This document shows positions 43,695 through 54,089 of a DNA stretch of 64,000 nt, piece after piece. The stretch is taken from positions 800,001 to 864,000 of the forward strand of contig OZ242376.1 of NCBI GenBank assembly GCA_965209085.1. The letters run 5' to 3'. Position numbers and translations under genes: made by a program. This DNA comes from Nitrosopumilaceae archaeon (GTDB taxonomy: Archaea > Thermoproteota > Nitrososphaeria > Nitrososphaerales > Nitrosopumilaceae). The stretch's first letter is position 1, and each line of letters starts with the position of its first letter. The notes under the pieces were generated by a model. It did not search any database. It was not told where the DNA came from and worked only from the letters and a program-made list of their open reading frames with translations.

Positions 43695-45437
43695 GTGATA
43701 GTTAGTATGATAAACCCTTTGAGGGGTATACTCGGAATATTATTATTACTTTTTGCAATTCTGTTAATACCGCCATTACCAACAAGTTATTCTGATACAA
43801 ATACTGCTCCGGCAAACAATACTGCTCCGGCAAACAATACTGCTCCGGCAAACAATACTGCTCCGGCAAACAATACTGCTCCGGCAAACAATACTGCTCC
43901 GGCAAACAATACTGCTCCGGCAAACAATACTGCTCCGGCAAACAATACTGCTCCGGCAAACAATACTGCTCCGGCAAACAATACTGCTCCGGCAAACAAT
44001 ACTGCTCCGGCAAACAATACTGCTCCGGCAAACAATACTGCTCCGGCAAACAATACTGCTCCGGCAAACAATACTGCTCCGGCAAACAATACTGCTCCGG
44101 CAAACAATACTGCTCCGGCAAACAATACTGCTCAACAACAATTCTCAAATGATACTTCAGATATTCCTGAATCCCAAGACCGTTATCCTGGATGGGATAG
44201 ATCTCCTCCCAGAATATCTGTTCCAGATGATATTGTACAGGCCACATCAAGCTCGTACACAAGAGTAACTTATTCTGCTAGCGCATATGATACTAGAGAT
44301 GGCGCAGTTAGTGTAGCTTGTAGTCCTAGCAGTGGTTCGTACTTTAGACTAGGTACTACAACCGTTACTTGCACTGTAAGTGATTCTAGAGGAAACAGTG
44401 CTACTGAAAGATTTACAATAACCTTATCAAGACCTGACACAACTCCTCCCACAGTAAACGTACCTGATGATATTACAACCACCACGTCTAGCAATAGAAA
44501 ATACGTCTCTTATTCTGTCAGCGCAACTGACAACATTGACGGCAGTCTAAGTGTTACATGCGATCCCAGCAGCAAATATTTCGACCAGGGTACCACTACG
44601 GTCACATGCTCTGCAACTGATTCTGCTGGAAATGTCGGCTCTGATAGCTTTACAGTGACAATATTATTTCCAACTATTTCATATGCGGAAAATTTGAATG
44701 TTTTATTAGATGATAACACTAAACAACAAGAATACATCGGCGCCATATTTGTGGATAAGAACATAAGTATAACAGACATTACGTTTTCAACAACATTGAT
44801 ACACGAATACCCTGCCGATCTTCGTGGTCAGCTAATTTCCCCAGATGGTGATATTGTTTTTGTATTATTCAATCCTGCAAATATACCTGTAAATACTATG
44901 CATACTTTTACAGCTTCACCATCTACTGTGAATACAATGAATAATTTCATAGGTGATAACGCTCATGGAGTTTGGAGATTTACAATGGGAGATCATGCAT
45001 CAACAAATACAGGAACAGTAGAATCATGGAATATTTTAATAAATGGAAATCTTGTCGCCAACCCTACAACTATCACAAACAGAGTAATTGGATATTGGGC
45101 AAATCCGAATCAAATGTATTACTGTGATGATAGTTTAGCATATCTTAACGTCACAAGTAACGTTGATCCATGCAACGATTTTGCCGAGAGTGCAAATCGT
45201 TGGAATGCAATATCGGATTCGGAATTCACATTAACTAGAAGTTTGACAGATAATAATAATAACATTAATGTTGAAATGTCTTCAATGTTAAATGATACTA
45301 CCTTGGCACGGGTTACATCTTCTGTTAATACTGTACAGCGGCAGTTTACAGTTGGCGGAACGTATATGGAAATAAACAATATGTTTGTTTTTGGGGATGT
45401 GAGTAGAGGTAATTTGAATGTATACCCCAGATCATAA
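43695..45437 (+). pseudogene. Secreted protein: signal, (NTAPAN)18, two HYR domains, proprotein-convertase P-domain and a probable metallopeptidase-like start; truncated by IS630
   Basis: HYR patterns (PP.I.VP.DI...GTTTVTCT..D..GN). P-domain (HEYPADL..LISPDG..GVW......D...TG.VESW). Terminal VYPRS comes from the IS630 IR. Confidence 0.8.
43800..44133 (+). repeat. Perfect 18-bp tandem repeat AATACTGCTCCGGCAAAC, 18.5 copies
   Basis: 324 bp of identical units plus a 10-bp partial unit. Confidence 0.97.
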
Positions 45438-46536
45438 ATTCGTTTAAAAATTCACCAACTCTGGTTTAAAATAATCCATGACATTACCCGGCAGTTTTCT
45501 CGTACGCAGATATTCCATAAACCTAACCCTCTTCTCTTCAAGTTGGGGATAATATTCTGAATGATCCATATCCTGCTTGGCGACAAGCCAGATCGTCTCC
45601 ATGATGTTGTGTTGTGGTGATGCTCTTGGGAGGTATTCTATCCGAATCTTATCCTTGTTCTCTTTGATGTATTCTTCAAGCTTTATCGTTTTATGCTGCC
45701 GGACTCTGTCTACGATTACCAGTATTCTGCCGTATTTTGCTGCTGCATCTTTTATGTATCTTAAAAACGTCAGACCATCAAACTTGTCGTATGATCTAAA
45801 AAATTTATCCCCTGAAACTGAAATCATTCCGTATGTTATGAATTTTCTGCGATCCCCCCCTTCCATGTATAGGTGGGGCGTTCATTCTCATTGCACCAGT
45901 ATTTTTTAGTCAGTTTACCATCACTGCTCACTATGGTCTCATCCTGGACAAAGATCTTTGTCCCTCTTGCCATTTCGTGGGCAATAATGCACATTATGCG
46001 CCTATACCATGCATAACACTCATCGTATGATGCAGGCATTAGCGTGTATTTTTTGCGGTACCTTTGATTTTAGTTTCCATTCCCGCATCAGTCTGCATAT
46101 GTGCGTAATATGATATGTTATTCCTGTCATATTTTTAATGTAATCGCGGACCTGCTTTGGAAGCGTAATGGTTCCGATTTTTGTAAACTTTTTTTCTATC
46201 TGCATCATGATATTTGGTGAAATCTTTGGCGGTCGTCCGCATCGGGACCCTTCCTCCAGGCCTATGAATCCGTATTTTTCGTATCGATCGTGCCATTTGT
46301 GTACAAACTGGTACGTTCGGAACAGAATATCTGCAGTTTCTGCCATGGAGCGACCCTGTACTTGCATCATGCATATTGCATGCAGTCTTTCTTTTACACG
46401 CATATCTTTGTGATTTTTGTAGGCCTGAAGGAGGTCTTCATTGCTTACGTGCATGAATTGCTGTAATAACGGTGATCAAAAAACGTTGCTATTGCGCAAG
46501 GGTGTATTTTTAAACGAATTTATGCTTACGGGTATA
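45421..46536 (-). mobile_element. IS630 lineage A, copy 2, doubly frameshifted
   Basis: Same IRs as 852-1964. Extra C at ~46036 and an expanded G run at ~45855. Confidence 0.93.
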
Positions 46537-46547
46537 CTAAGATAAGT

Positions 46548-48047
46548 GTAACTGTCTAGAGTTTTGAAGCGATTTGATCATATGATCGAGTATTTTCCAC
46601 CGTGATCTTTATGGATCGGGCACAAACATAACGAATTGTTGTCAGAACGTGACCAAAATGACCACAACCAAAGGTCACATTATGTATCGCAAGAAATTGC
46701 GCAGTTACAACGTATCAATAAACGACAGAAAAGCGAGATTACAGATCTGAAAAGCAAATATTCTGCATCTGAGGAAAAATGTTCCATGCTTGAAAAAAAA
46801 TCTGCAGATCAACAAAAAGAAATAGATGATCTAAAATTTGCAGTAAAAGAACTTGTCGCAAAGAATATCCATGCAAAACCCAACATTTCCAAAACTCTTA
46901 CAGAAAGAAAATACTCTGATCATACAAGAACCAGCAGAAAAAAACCCATCAGAATCGACAATAAAACAAATGTGGATCAAAAGATGTGCAGTGGATGTGG
47001 AAACAAGCTCTCAAAAATCATCGACAAATACACCCGTACGGTGGAGGATATTATTCCAGCAAAGACGTACAATACAGAATATACGATATATCGAAGATAT
47101 TGCAAACACTGTAAAAAGACAATCACACCAAAAATATACACCGCACTTCCAAACAGTAGGTTTGGGATCAGATTGGGAGTGTTTATCGTCTCACTCAAAT
47201 TATTGGGAATTTCATATGTAAAAATATCACGACTGGTAAATACAATGTATTCGATACACGTGACACCTTCCACCATAAATCATGCGATAACAAAAATGGC
47301 GACAGCGTTTGGTTCGCTGTACGAGCAGATGATAAATGAATTAAAACAAGAATTAAACATACACGGAGATGAGACCAGCTGGCGGATTGATGGCATCAAC
47401 CACTGGTTGTGGGTGTTTGTTGGAAAATGGACCATCATATATGAAATTGACAAATCACGTGGACGCGAGGTACCAAAAAAAATATTAAAAGAATACAAGG
47501 GAAACGTTACAAGCGATTCCGGGCCGGCATGGAATTATGCTGGTAAAACACATCAGCGTTGCCATGTTCACTATAAAAGAGAGATCCTGGGTACAATAGA
47601 TCATAAAAACCCCGGCAAAGAGTTTGAACCATTTGCAAAACGTCTGCAAAAAATACTCTACGACTCACAGGATGCTGCAAAGATACAAAGCAAGATCAAG
47701 AGGCTTAAAATCAAGAAAAATCTAGAGGTAAGAATTGACAGACTGATCTCAAAGCCGTACAAGGAGAAAAACTGTATCAGATTTGTAAAAAGAATCAGGC
47801 GAGAAAAAGATATGCTCTTTACGTTTCTAAAAACGGGTACTGACTGGCACAACAATACCGCCGAGAGGGGGATTCGACCAAATGTCGTAATACGTAAAAT
47901 TACAAATGGTCATCGCTCAGAGGATGGTGCCAAAGCTCACAAGATATTGATGAGCATAAAGGAGACGTGCAGGTTGAGGAATCTGAACTTTCATGATTAT
48001 TTGGAAGAATATCTATCCAATTTAACTTCAAAACTCTAGACAGTTAC
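46548..48047 (+). mobile_element. IS66 element, copy 2, with 8-bp TSD AGATAAGT
   Basis: IRs as in copy 1. TSD at 46540-46547 and 48048-48055. Confidence 0.97.
46636..48039 (+). CDS. IS66 transposase, open reading frame intact
   Basis: Differs from 10514-11917 at only about 3 residues. Confidence 0.95.
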   Translation: MLSERDQNDHNQRSHYVSQEIAQLQRINKRQKSEITDLKSKYSASEEKCSMLEKKSADQQKEIDDLKFAVKELVAKNIHAKPNISKTLTERKYSDHTRTSRKKPIRIDNKTNVDQKMCSGCGNKLSKIIDKYTRTVEDIIPAKTYNTEYTIYRRYCKHCKKTITPKIYTALPNSRFGIRLGVFIVSLKLLGISYVKISRLVNTMYSIHVTPSTINHAITKMATAFGSLYEQMINELKQELNIHGDETSWRIDGINHWLWVFVGKWTIIYEIDKSRGREVPKKILKEYKGNVTSDSGPAWNYAGKTHQRCHVHYKREILGTIDHKNPGKEFEPFAKRLQKILYDSQDAAKIQSKIKRLKIKKNLEVRIDRLISKPYKEKNCIRFVKRIRREKDMLFTFLKTGTDWHNNTAERGIRPNVVIRKITNGHRSEDGAKAHKILMSIKETCRLRNLNFHDYLEEYLSNLTSKL

Positions 48048-48083
48048 AGATAAGTTTTAATATATAAACATCATTTTATATTC

Positions 48084-49205
48084 ATGCATAATTATACAAT
48101 TTTATCAATTCTTATTTTATCCATAATGTCATTAACAATAATGACTGGCATCGCATATGCCCATTATGCCGAATACATACAAAGTCCAAAAAAACAGATA
48201 GACAGTGGCATAAACCCGTACGATGTCATATGCAGAAACGGATTGTTACTAGCTGAAAGATCTTCAAACATGATAGCATGTGTTAACCAAATTGCCGCCG
48301 ATAAACTAGGATGGAAGATAATAAAAATAGATTTTTCAGCCAATGATGCAAATACAACCAATACCAGTGAAAATACAACCAATACCAGTGAAAATACAAC
48401 CAATACCAGTGAAAATACAACCAATACCAGTGAAAATACAACCAATACCAGTGAAAATACAACCAATTCCAAGACAACAACACCTGCTGAAAATAACACA
48501 GTCTCAAAACAAAATTATGGCAAATTAGATTTTGCCTTGGCATCAAATGTTACATATTCTGGAAAAGAATACGGATATTATGAACCAAATGCACTACGTA
48601 GACCTCCACCATACCCGATGTCAGATGTGTTTGGATTGGAACATTATGATATGAGACAGGCAACACAAAATTCACCTCAATTCAATTCTGGACAAATTAA
48701 CACAAGCTCTTTGACAGAAAAATTGATTCAATCCAACTTGACTCATAAAAATTCTATAGATTACACTAGGTGGATCCCAACCATTATCCCCGATGGATAT
48801 GATCTACTTTGGGTGGACATAAGACAACCTGAAGTATATAATAATGATGTGGGTCAACTCGATCTGCATTATATTATAAACACAGTTGAAGTATCCAATG
48901 ATATCCTTACCCGGGATTTTTATGATATTGCCATGTTTCAAATAACCGTGGTTTTATATCCTTACAGAGATGAGCCAGCTTCACAAGAACGAATTGATTG
49001 GATAACTCGTAATGGAACCGCCACACATGTATTTTATGAAGAAAAATATGGTGGAATATTTGAAACATTATTGGAATCTCCGGCAGATTCAAACGTACGT
49101 GGTGTCGAATGGTCTGGACACGAATATCAAATTAGCATCGGTGGCAGGGGTTTGTCAGTAGCAGAATATGAAAAGATATTGGTAAACATCTTAGAGAGGC
49201 AATGA
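48084..49205 (+). CDS. Secreted protein with the thaumarchaeal SPxKQ...C...ACV...LGW domain and an (NTTNTSE)5 repeat
   Basis: Signal peptide, QSPKKQIDSG..DVICRNGL..ACVN..KLGW, and TATA box TTTTAATATATA upstream. Confidence 0.8.
   Translation: MHNYTILSILILSIMSLTIMTGIAYAHYAEYIQSPKKQIDSGINPYDVICRNGLLLAERSSNMIACVNQIAADKLGWKIIKIDFSANDANTTNTSENTTNTSENTTNTSENTTNTSENTTNTSENTTNSKTTTPAENNTVSKQNYGKLDFALASNVTYSGKEYGYYEPNALRRPPPYPMSDVFGLEHYDMRQATQNSPQFNSGQINTSSLTEKLIQSNLTHKNSIDYTRWIPTIIPDGYDLLWVDIRQPEVYNNDVGQLDLHYIINTVEVSNDILTRDFYDIAMFQITVVLYPYRDEPASQERIDWITRNGTATHVFYEEKYGGIFETLLESPADSNVRGVEWSGHEYQISIGGRGLSVAEYEKILVNILERQ
48351..48467 (+). repeat. Perfect 21-bp tandem repeat AATACAACCAATACCAGTGAA, 5.6 copies
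   Basis: Directly visible. The paralog at ~51088-51120 has only 1.6 copies. Confidence 0.95.
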
Positions 49206-49319
49206 CTAGTATATTCTGGATTTTATTAATTATTGCAACTAGTGCTATTACATTTTATGAAGCAGATGCATTATGCTATGACTCTCACTGTTATTCTATA
49301 ATAGACCTCATGCATAATA

Positions 49320-50714
49320 GAGTTCATGCATAATCAACTGCAAAGACATACGGTTCCTACTATGACACTGTCATGATCAAAGTACACATGGCCTAAAACC
49401 TTCAAGCAGACAACAAAATAAATCAAAATATCATATGCATGACAAAAAGCAGAATATTATGCGTAACCGTGTGCACAAAGATGTGCTACTTGATTTGAGG
49501 GCAAATTTTTTCCAACGGTTCGATATACTTGCGATCCTTTAACATGATGTGCAGATTGGTCAGTCCTGTAACCACTTGGATTTCTGTATAAAACGCATCC
49601 ATTGTGTCATCATATACGGCACTCATTCTGCGAAACCATTTGAGCCGGTTTATGGCATGCTCTACTTTTATGCGCTTACGACTGATCCTCTTGCTATATT
49701 CGCGTTCTGTCTCTGTCAATCCCCTACCCTTTGGTTTTTTGTACGGCTGCTTTGAGATAATTCCAGGATAGTCTTTTTCCACGGACAGATATCCCTTGTC
49801 GGTGTAGAGTGTAATTTGGCGCTCTTTTTTTGTATCAGAGTTTTTCATGCCATCGGTCCATTTGCCAAAATTTGGCGGATTACGCCGCAGTACCTCCATG
49901 TCATGTACTGAGCCCTCTTCTGGACCGCCAATGTCATTTACCACTCCATCTTTGTTGGAGGTTATCTGTATGCTGTAGACGTGCCTTTTGCGCTTTCCAG
50001 AATATACTGCCTCTTGATTCTCCTGCGGTCTTTGAACCTGTACAAACGTGGCATCAAGATATAGCTCGCCGCCGCCTCTGCCGGGTACGAATTTTTTAAA
50101 CAACTCGCTTGTACGTATTGTCCGTATTGCAGCACCAATATTCTTAGCCGTTGGAAGAATATCCATCAATAGTTCATCAGAAAATGTCAGATATCTGCTA
50201 ATGGTGCTCTGATCAACGTCTGCAATGAACGCAAGTGCTCCCTGTTTGAGATTATTGCGTTTGCGGCACAATACGATAAACAAAACTTGCTTTACGGTAA
50301 GGATACAGGTGTTTCCAGGATCGTCCACATATTCTGAAAAGCGGGGAATCTCTGATGAATTTTCTACGGTTTTTTTGAACCGTTCTAGAATCCATTCAAA
50401 TTCTTCACGGTTCATTCCTGTCATTTCATATAGATGAACATCATTCCCAATTCCCTTGTTCAAATATTTATCGACATGTTGTCTTTTGTCATCATTGCTA
50501 CTCTGTGCCATCTTTTTGTAGTGTTGAATTTCTGATTCCTGCCTGGAGCTATTCTTTTCCATCTTTAGGATCGTCTTTTCCATCTTTAAGATCGTCTTTT
50601 CCAGTTTAGAGATCATGCGTTTGTCTGATTTGCACATGCTATGCTCACATGATACTAGATCATAGATCTTTCGATTTGCCAAAATTGATTTTTTAGTTAA
50701 TTATGCATGAGGTC
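49320..50714 (-). mobile_element. IS5/ISL2-like (DDE_Tnp_4) element, copy 2
   Basis: IRs GAGTTCATGCATAA / TTATGCATGAGGTC. Confidence 0.93.
49486..50682 (-). CDS. IS5/ISL2-like transposase, intact
   Basis: HTH (VDQSTISRY), LDATF, GSVHD, DKGY and RIKVEHAI. Confidence 0.92.
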   Translation of the reverse strand: MANRKIYDLVSCEHSMCKSDKRMISKLEKTILKMEKTILKMEKNSSRQESEIQHYKKMAQSSNDDKRQHVDKYLNKGIGNDVHLYEMTGMNREEFEWILERFKKTVENSSEIPRFSEYVDDPGNTCILTVKQVLFIVLCRKRNNLKQGALAFIADVDQSTISRYLTFSDELLMDILPTAKNIGAAIRTIRTSELFKKFVPGRGGGELYLDATFVQVQRPQENQEAVYSGKRKRHVYSIQITSNKDGVVNDIGGPEEGSVHDMEVLRRNPPNFGKWTDGMKNSDTKKERQITLYTDKGYLSVEKDYPGIISKQPYKKPKGRGLTETEREYSKRISRKRIKVEHAINRLKWFRRMSAVYDDTMDAFYTEIQVVTGLTNLHIMLKDRKYIEPLEKICPQIK

Positions 50715-51387
50715 TATTATATACTTCAGGTTGTATTATGTCCACCCAAAGTAGATCATATCCATCGGGAATAATGGTTGGGATCCACCTAGTGTAATCT
50801 ATAGAATTTTTATGAGTCAAGTTGGATTGAATCAATTTTTCTGTCAAAGAGCTTGTGTTAATTTGTCCAGAATTGAATTGAGATGAATTTTGTATTGCCT
50901 GTCTCATATCATAATGTTCCAATCCAAACGCTTTTGACATCGGGTATGGTGCAGGTCTACGTACTGCATTTGGTTCATAATATCCGTATTCTTTTCCAGA
51001 ATATGTAACGTTTGATGCCAAGGCAAAATCTAATTTGCCATAATTTTGTTTTGAGACTGTGTTATTTTCAGCAGGTATTGTCTTGGAATTGGTTGTATTT
51101 TCACTGGTATTGGTTGTATTTGCATCATTGGCTGAAAAATCTATTTTTATTATCTTCCATCCTAGTTTATCGGCGGTAATTTGGTTGACACATGCTATTA
51201 TGTTTGAAGATCTTTCAGCTAGTAACAATCCGTTTCTGCATATGACATCGTACGGGTTTATGCCGCTATCTATCTGTTTTTTTGGACTTTGTATGTGTTC
51301 GGTATATTGAGCATATGTGATGCCAGTCATTATTGTTAATGATATTATTGATAAAATAAGAATTGATAAAATTGTATATTTATGCAT
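50701..51387 (-). pseudogene. Inverted paralog of 48084-49205, truncated by the IS5 element
   Basis: Near-identical N-terminal ~224 aa. Terminal RPHA is read from the IS IR. Confidence 0.88.
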
Positions 51388-51426
51388 GAATATAAAATGA
51401 TGTTTATATATTAAAACTTATCTTAG

Positions 51427-52540
51427 TATACCCGCAAGCATAAATTCGTTTAAAAATACACCCTTGCACAATAGCAACGTTTTTTGATCACCGTTATTAC
51501 AGCAATTCATGCACGTAAGCAATGAAGACCTCCTTCAGGCCTACAAAAATCACAAAGATATGCGTGTAAAAGAAAGACTGCATGCAATATGCATGATGCA
51601 AGTACAGGGTCGCTCCATGGCAGAAACTGCAGATATTCTGTTCCGAACGTACCAGTTTGTACACAAATGGCACGATCGATACGAAAAATACGGACTCATA
51701 GGCCTGGAGGAAGGGTCCCGATGCGGACGACCGCCAAAGATTTCACCAAATATCATGATGCAGATAGAAAAAAAGTTTACAAAAATCGGAACCATTACGC
51801 TTCCAAAGCAGATCCGTGATTACATTAAAAATATGACAGGAATAACATATCATATTACGCACATATGCAGACTAATGCGGGAATGGAAACTAAAATCAAA
51901 GGTACCGCAAAAAATACACGCTAATGCCTGCATCATACGATGAGTGTTATGCATGGTATAGGCGCATAATGTGCATTATTGCCCACGAAATGGCAAGAGG
52001 GACAAAGATCTTTGTCCAGGATGAGACCATAGTGAGCAGTGATGGTAAACTGACTAAAAAATACTGGTGCAATGAGAATGAACGCCCCATCTATACATGG
52101 AAGGGGGATCGCAGAAAATTCATAACATACGGAATGATTTCAGTTTCAAGGGAGAAATTTTTTAGATCATACGACAAGTTTGATGGTCTGACGTTTTTAA
52201 GATACATAAAAGATGCAGCAGCAAAATACGGCAGAATACTGGTAATCGTAGACAGAGCCCGGCAGCATAAAACGATAAAGCTTGAAGAATACATCAAAGA
52301 GAACAAGGATAAGATTCGGATAGAATACCTCCCAAGAGCATCACCGCAACACAACATCATGGAGACGATCTGGCTTGTCGCCAAGCAGGATATGGATCAT
52401 TCAGAATATTATCCCCAACTTGAAGAGAAGAGGGTTAGGTTTATGGAATATCTGCGTACGAGAAAACTGCCGGGTAATGTCATGGATTATTTTAAACCAG
52501 AGTTGGTGAATTTTTAAACGAATTTATGATCTGGGGTATA
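51427..52540 (+). mobile_element. IS630 lineage A, copy 3, with a +1 frameshift at ~51928
   Basis: Same IRs; ORFs 51509-51943 and 51924-52517. Confidence 0.93.
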
Positions 52541-52635
52541 GATGAGATTATTGTTAGATGTGTAGTTTAGGCAAGTTGTGTAACTACCCATGTTCCACAA
52601 ATATGTTTTAATAATGATCTGATATAAACTGGCAT

Positions 52636-53529
52636 ATGGACATATTTGTCAATAACAATAATAAATTCACTAAATGTAAACATTTCACTTCTAAATCTGA
52701 AGACCAAATAGAAACTTTCTTGGAAAAAAACCCACATATCTTAGAAAATGAACTTGAAATAATTGGTAGGCAAGTAAATATTAAACCTCATGGAAAAATC
52801 GATTTACTTGGATTAGACTCAAAAAATAACCTAGTAATAATAGAAGTGAAAAAATATATGCCAACACATAATGTGATAGGACAAATAATTGATTATTATA
52901 CATGGGCATGTCGGTGCGATATTGCAAATTTTATTAAAATAAGGAAGAAATCCAAATTAAAAACTCCAAAATTAACTAAAATGATTAAAATGATGACCCA
53001 TAGTAACATTGTAAATCTTAATGAACATCCGCGCTTATATGTAATTGCGGAACATATTCCAAAAAACGTGGTGGCATCTGTTGAAAAATTACGTGAGAAA
53101 AATTTTGATGCTGAATGTGTTGAAATACAATTTTATGATAATAAAAGAAAAATCATAGTTAATAAAATATTTGATTCAATAATATCTTCTGATGGTGCAT
53201 CAAAATACCATAATGCCGATAAATCCGTATTAGATTTAATTGATAAAATAAAAAAAATGTTTAAGACTTGGAAAAATGTAGAGATCATCGATCAAAGAAG
53301 TTATATTGCTTTTCAATGTCAGAGACATAACTTTTTTACATTACATCCAAGTAAACGCCATCTTAAAGCTCATATACTTATGAGAAATCTTAATGACCCA
53401 AAAAAACTTACAAAACCATATAATATCAAAAAATTTAATGGTAGAGTGTGGGTATTAATAGTGAATAAATCAAATTTGGAATATTTTGGATATCTTGTAA
53501 AACAAGCATACGATGTTAACTGTAAGTAA
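52636..53529 (+). CDS. NucS/EndoMS-like PD-(D/E)xK endonuclease with probable C-terminal DUF5655-like domain
   Basis: SEDQIE..LEKNP..IIGRQ..IDLLGLD..LVIIEVK..GQIIDY. C-terminus YIAF..NF..LVKQAY. Confidence 0.7.
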   Translation: MDIFVNNNNKFTKCKHFTSKSEDQIETFLEKNPHILENELEIIGRQVNIKPHGKIDLLGLDSKNNLVIIEVKKYMPTHNVIGQIIDYYTWACRCDIANFIKIRKKSKLKTPKLTKMIKMMTHSNIVNLNEHPRLYVIAEHIPKNVVASVEKLREKNFDAECVEIQFYDNKRKIIVNKIFDSIISSDGASKYHNADKSVLDLIDKIKKMFKTWKNVEIIDQRSYIAFQCQRHNFFTLHPSKRHLKAHILMRNLNDPKKLTKPYNIKKFNGRVWVLIVNKSNLEYFGYLVKQAYDVNCK

Positions 53530-54089
53530 TTAAAACCAAATAGATAAAAAACGATATGAGAAAAATGTGAATATTTGTCAACAATCAAATAAATACTGGT
53601 CCATAAAAATGAATTAATAATTCAGATCATTTATCCACATGAACCCAAAATGGCAGAAATCTAAGGAAATTTTATTAGATCATATCAAATGTTAACCAAG
53701 ATTATGAGAACATGGAAAAATTAAATGGTAAAAACATTGGATCAAATCCATTAGAGCAAATCAATTTTGACTTCGTGACGGAATCTGCCACAAGAGTCTC
53801 AAACAAGAAATATCTTTGATTGTTATTGATTTAGCACAGTATTATCATCATTGGTGTATGGCATGTTAGCAAAACACGTGCTAGAATCACCATTATTAGT
53901 TTTAAACTCAAAAATAATCGTTATGGCATTTACTTCACTTGATAGATGTTCTGGAAATATAGTTGACTCTATACTGACACGCAAAAGTAACTGCAATTTA
54001 TGACTCTAGGCACAATGTAACCGCAAGATATTTGGATCACCTAGGGTATGAATCAATCATGAACAAAGAACATCAGGAACTGTATAATA

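Noticed and set aside
43800-44133. Possible CRISPR array
   Set aside because: Units are contiguous with no spacers, lie in frame within a CDS, and no cas genes are present.
43702-44262. Repeat-rich antisense ORFs (EQYCLP, SSIVCR, AGAVLF)
   Set aside because: Artefacts of a stop-free 18-bp repeat.
48084-51387. Diversity-generating retroelement (TR/VR pair)
   Set aside because: No reverse transcriptase is in the window, and differences between the paralogs are not confined to adenines.
51915-51945. Programmed frameshift in IS630
   Set aside because: Copy 1 reads through in frame (HANAASY). The extra C is a shared mutation with no slippery motif.
53530-54089. Possible gene fragments
   Set aside because: No frame or motif that could be supported.
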